Positions 63,905 through 64,000 of a DNA stretch of 64,000 nt are shown here, one piece after another. Below the pieces are notes generated by a model. That model had not been told where the DNA came from. It made no database searches and saw only the letters and a program-made list of their open reading frames with translations. The first letter of the stretch is position 1. Each line of letters begins with the position of its first letter. The translations under genes were made by a program, and so were the position numbers. Source of the stretch: Felis catus (Eukaryota); contig NC_058383.1 in assembly GCF_018350175.1 (NCBI RefSeq), positions 21,144,001 to 21,208,000 of the forward strand, written 5' to 3'.

Positions 63905-64000
63905 CCGCTTGGTACAATTCATAAGAGAAAGACTCTCTGTCATCCAGGCCTTGGTCCTAACTCAACAGTACCACCAACTAAGACAATTTGACGCAGAAAG
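63816..64000 (+). pseudogene. env: Env TM C-terminus (membrane anchor, cytoplasmic tail, R-peptide region), out of frame with the env start
   Basis: The frame from 63816 reads [61 protein letters not shown], a typical gammaretroviral TM end. Confidence 0.93.

Larger units (their letters stand above)
57285..64000 (+). mobile_element. Endogenous gammaretrovirus provirus (ERV-DC / FcEV-like, RD-114 gag-pol related); extends beyond the window, 3' LTR not included
   Basis: Order is LTR (TGAAAGACCCC...CA), PBS, leader, gag, TAG, pro-pol, env. Gammaretroviral protein motifs are present throughout, and the host context is CanSINE-rich. Confidence 0.97.

Noticed and set aside
63578..64000. RD-114 virus or endogenous FeLV identity for the provirus
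   Set aside because: The env has a gamma-type SU start (NPHQ) and TM, unlike the BaEV/D-type env of RD-114, and the PBS is tRNA-Gly rather than the tRNA-Pro used by FeLV.
1..64000. CRISPR arrays, rRNA or prokaryotic systems
   Set aside because: The sequence is mammalian; there are no regularly spaced repeat-spacer units or operon-like structure.

Overview
This is mammalian, repeat-rich DNA, almost certainly from a felid (cat). It is dense in carnivore tRNA-derived CanSINEs, with old L1, L2, MIR, MaLR/ERVL LTR and hAT (MER) relics. I recognise no host protein-coding exon in 1-57284; nearly all ORF-track entries there are SINE, LINE or microsatellite artefacts. The informative element is a young endogenous gammaretrovirus of the ERV-DC/FcEV (RD-114 gag-pol-related) type, on the + strand from 57285 past the window end. 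It has a complete 550-bp 5' LTR, a perfect tRNA-Gly(TCC) primer-binding site and a structured packaging leader. gag is intact (558 aa) and ends in a UAG readthrough pseudoknot. pro-pol is open for about 1,117 codons, then cut by one nonsense codon in the integrase C-terminal domain. env has a large internal deletion at an ATCCCC junction that fuses the SU start out of frame to the TM end, predicting a 108-aa secreted mini-Env. The 3' LTR lies outside the window. Outside the provirus there is a roughly 950-bp almost pure-purine GGAA/GAAA array with higher-order structure inside a nested LTR16/MLT1/L1 stack. Repeat-family names are from recalled consensus similarity, not a database search, and boundaries of old repeats are approximate.
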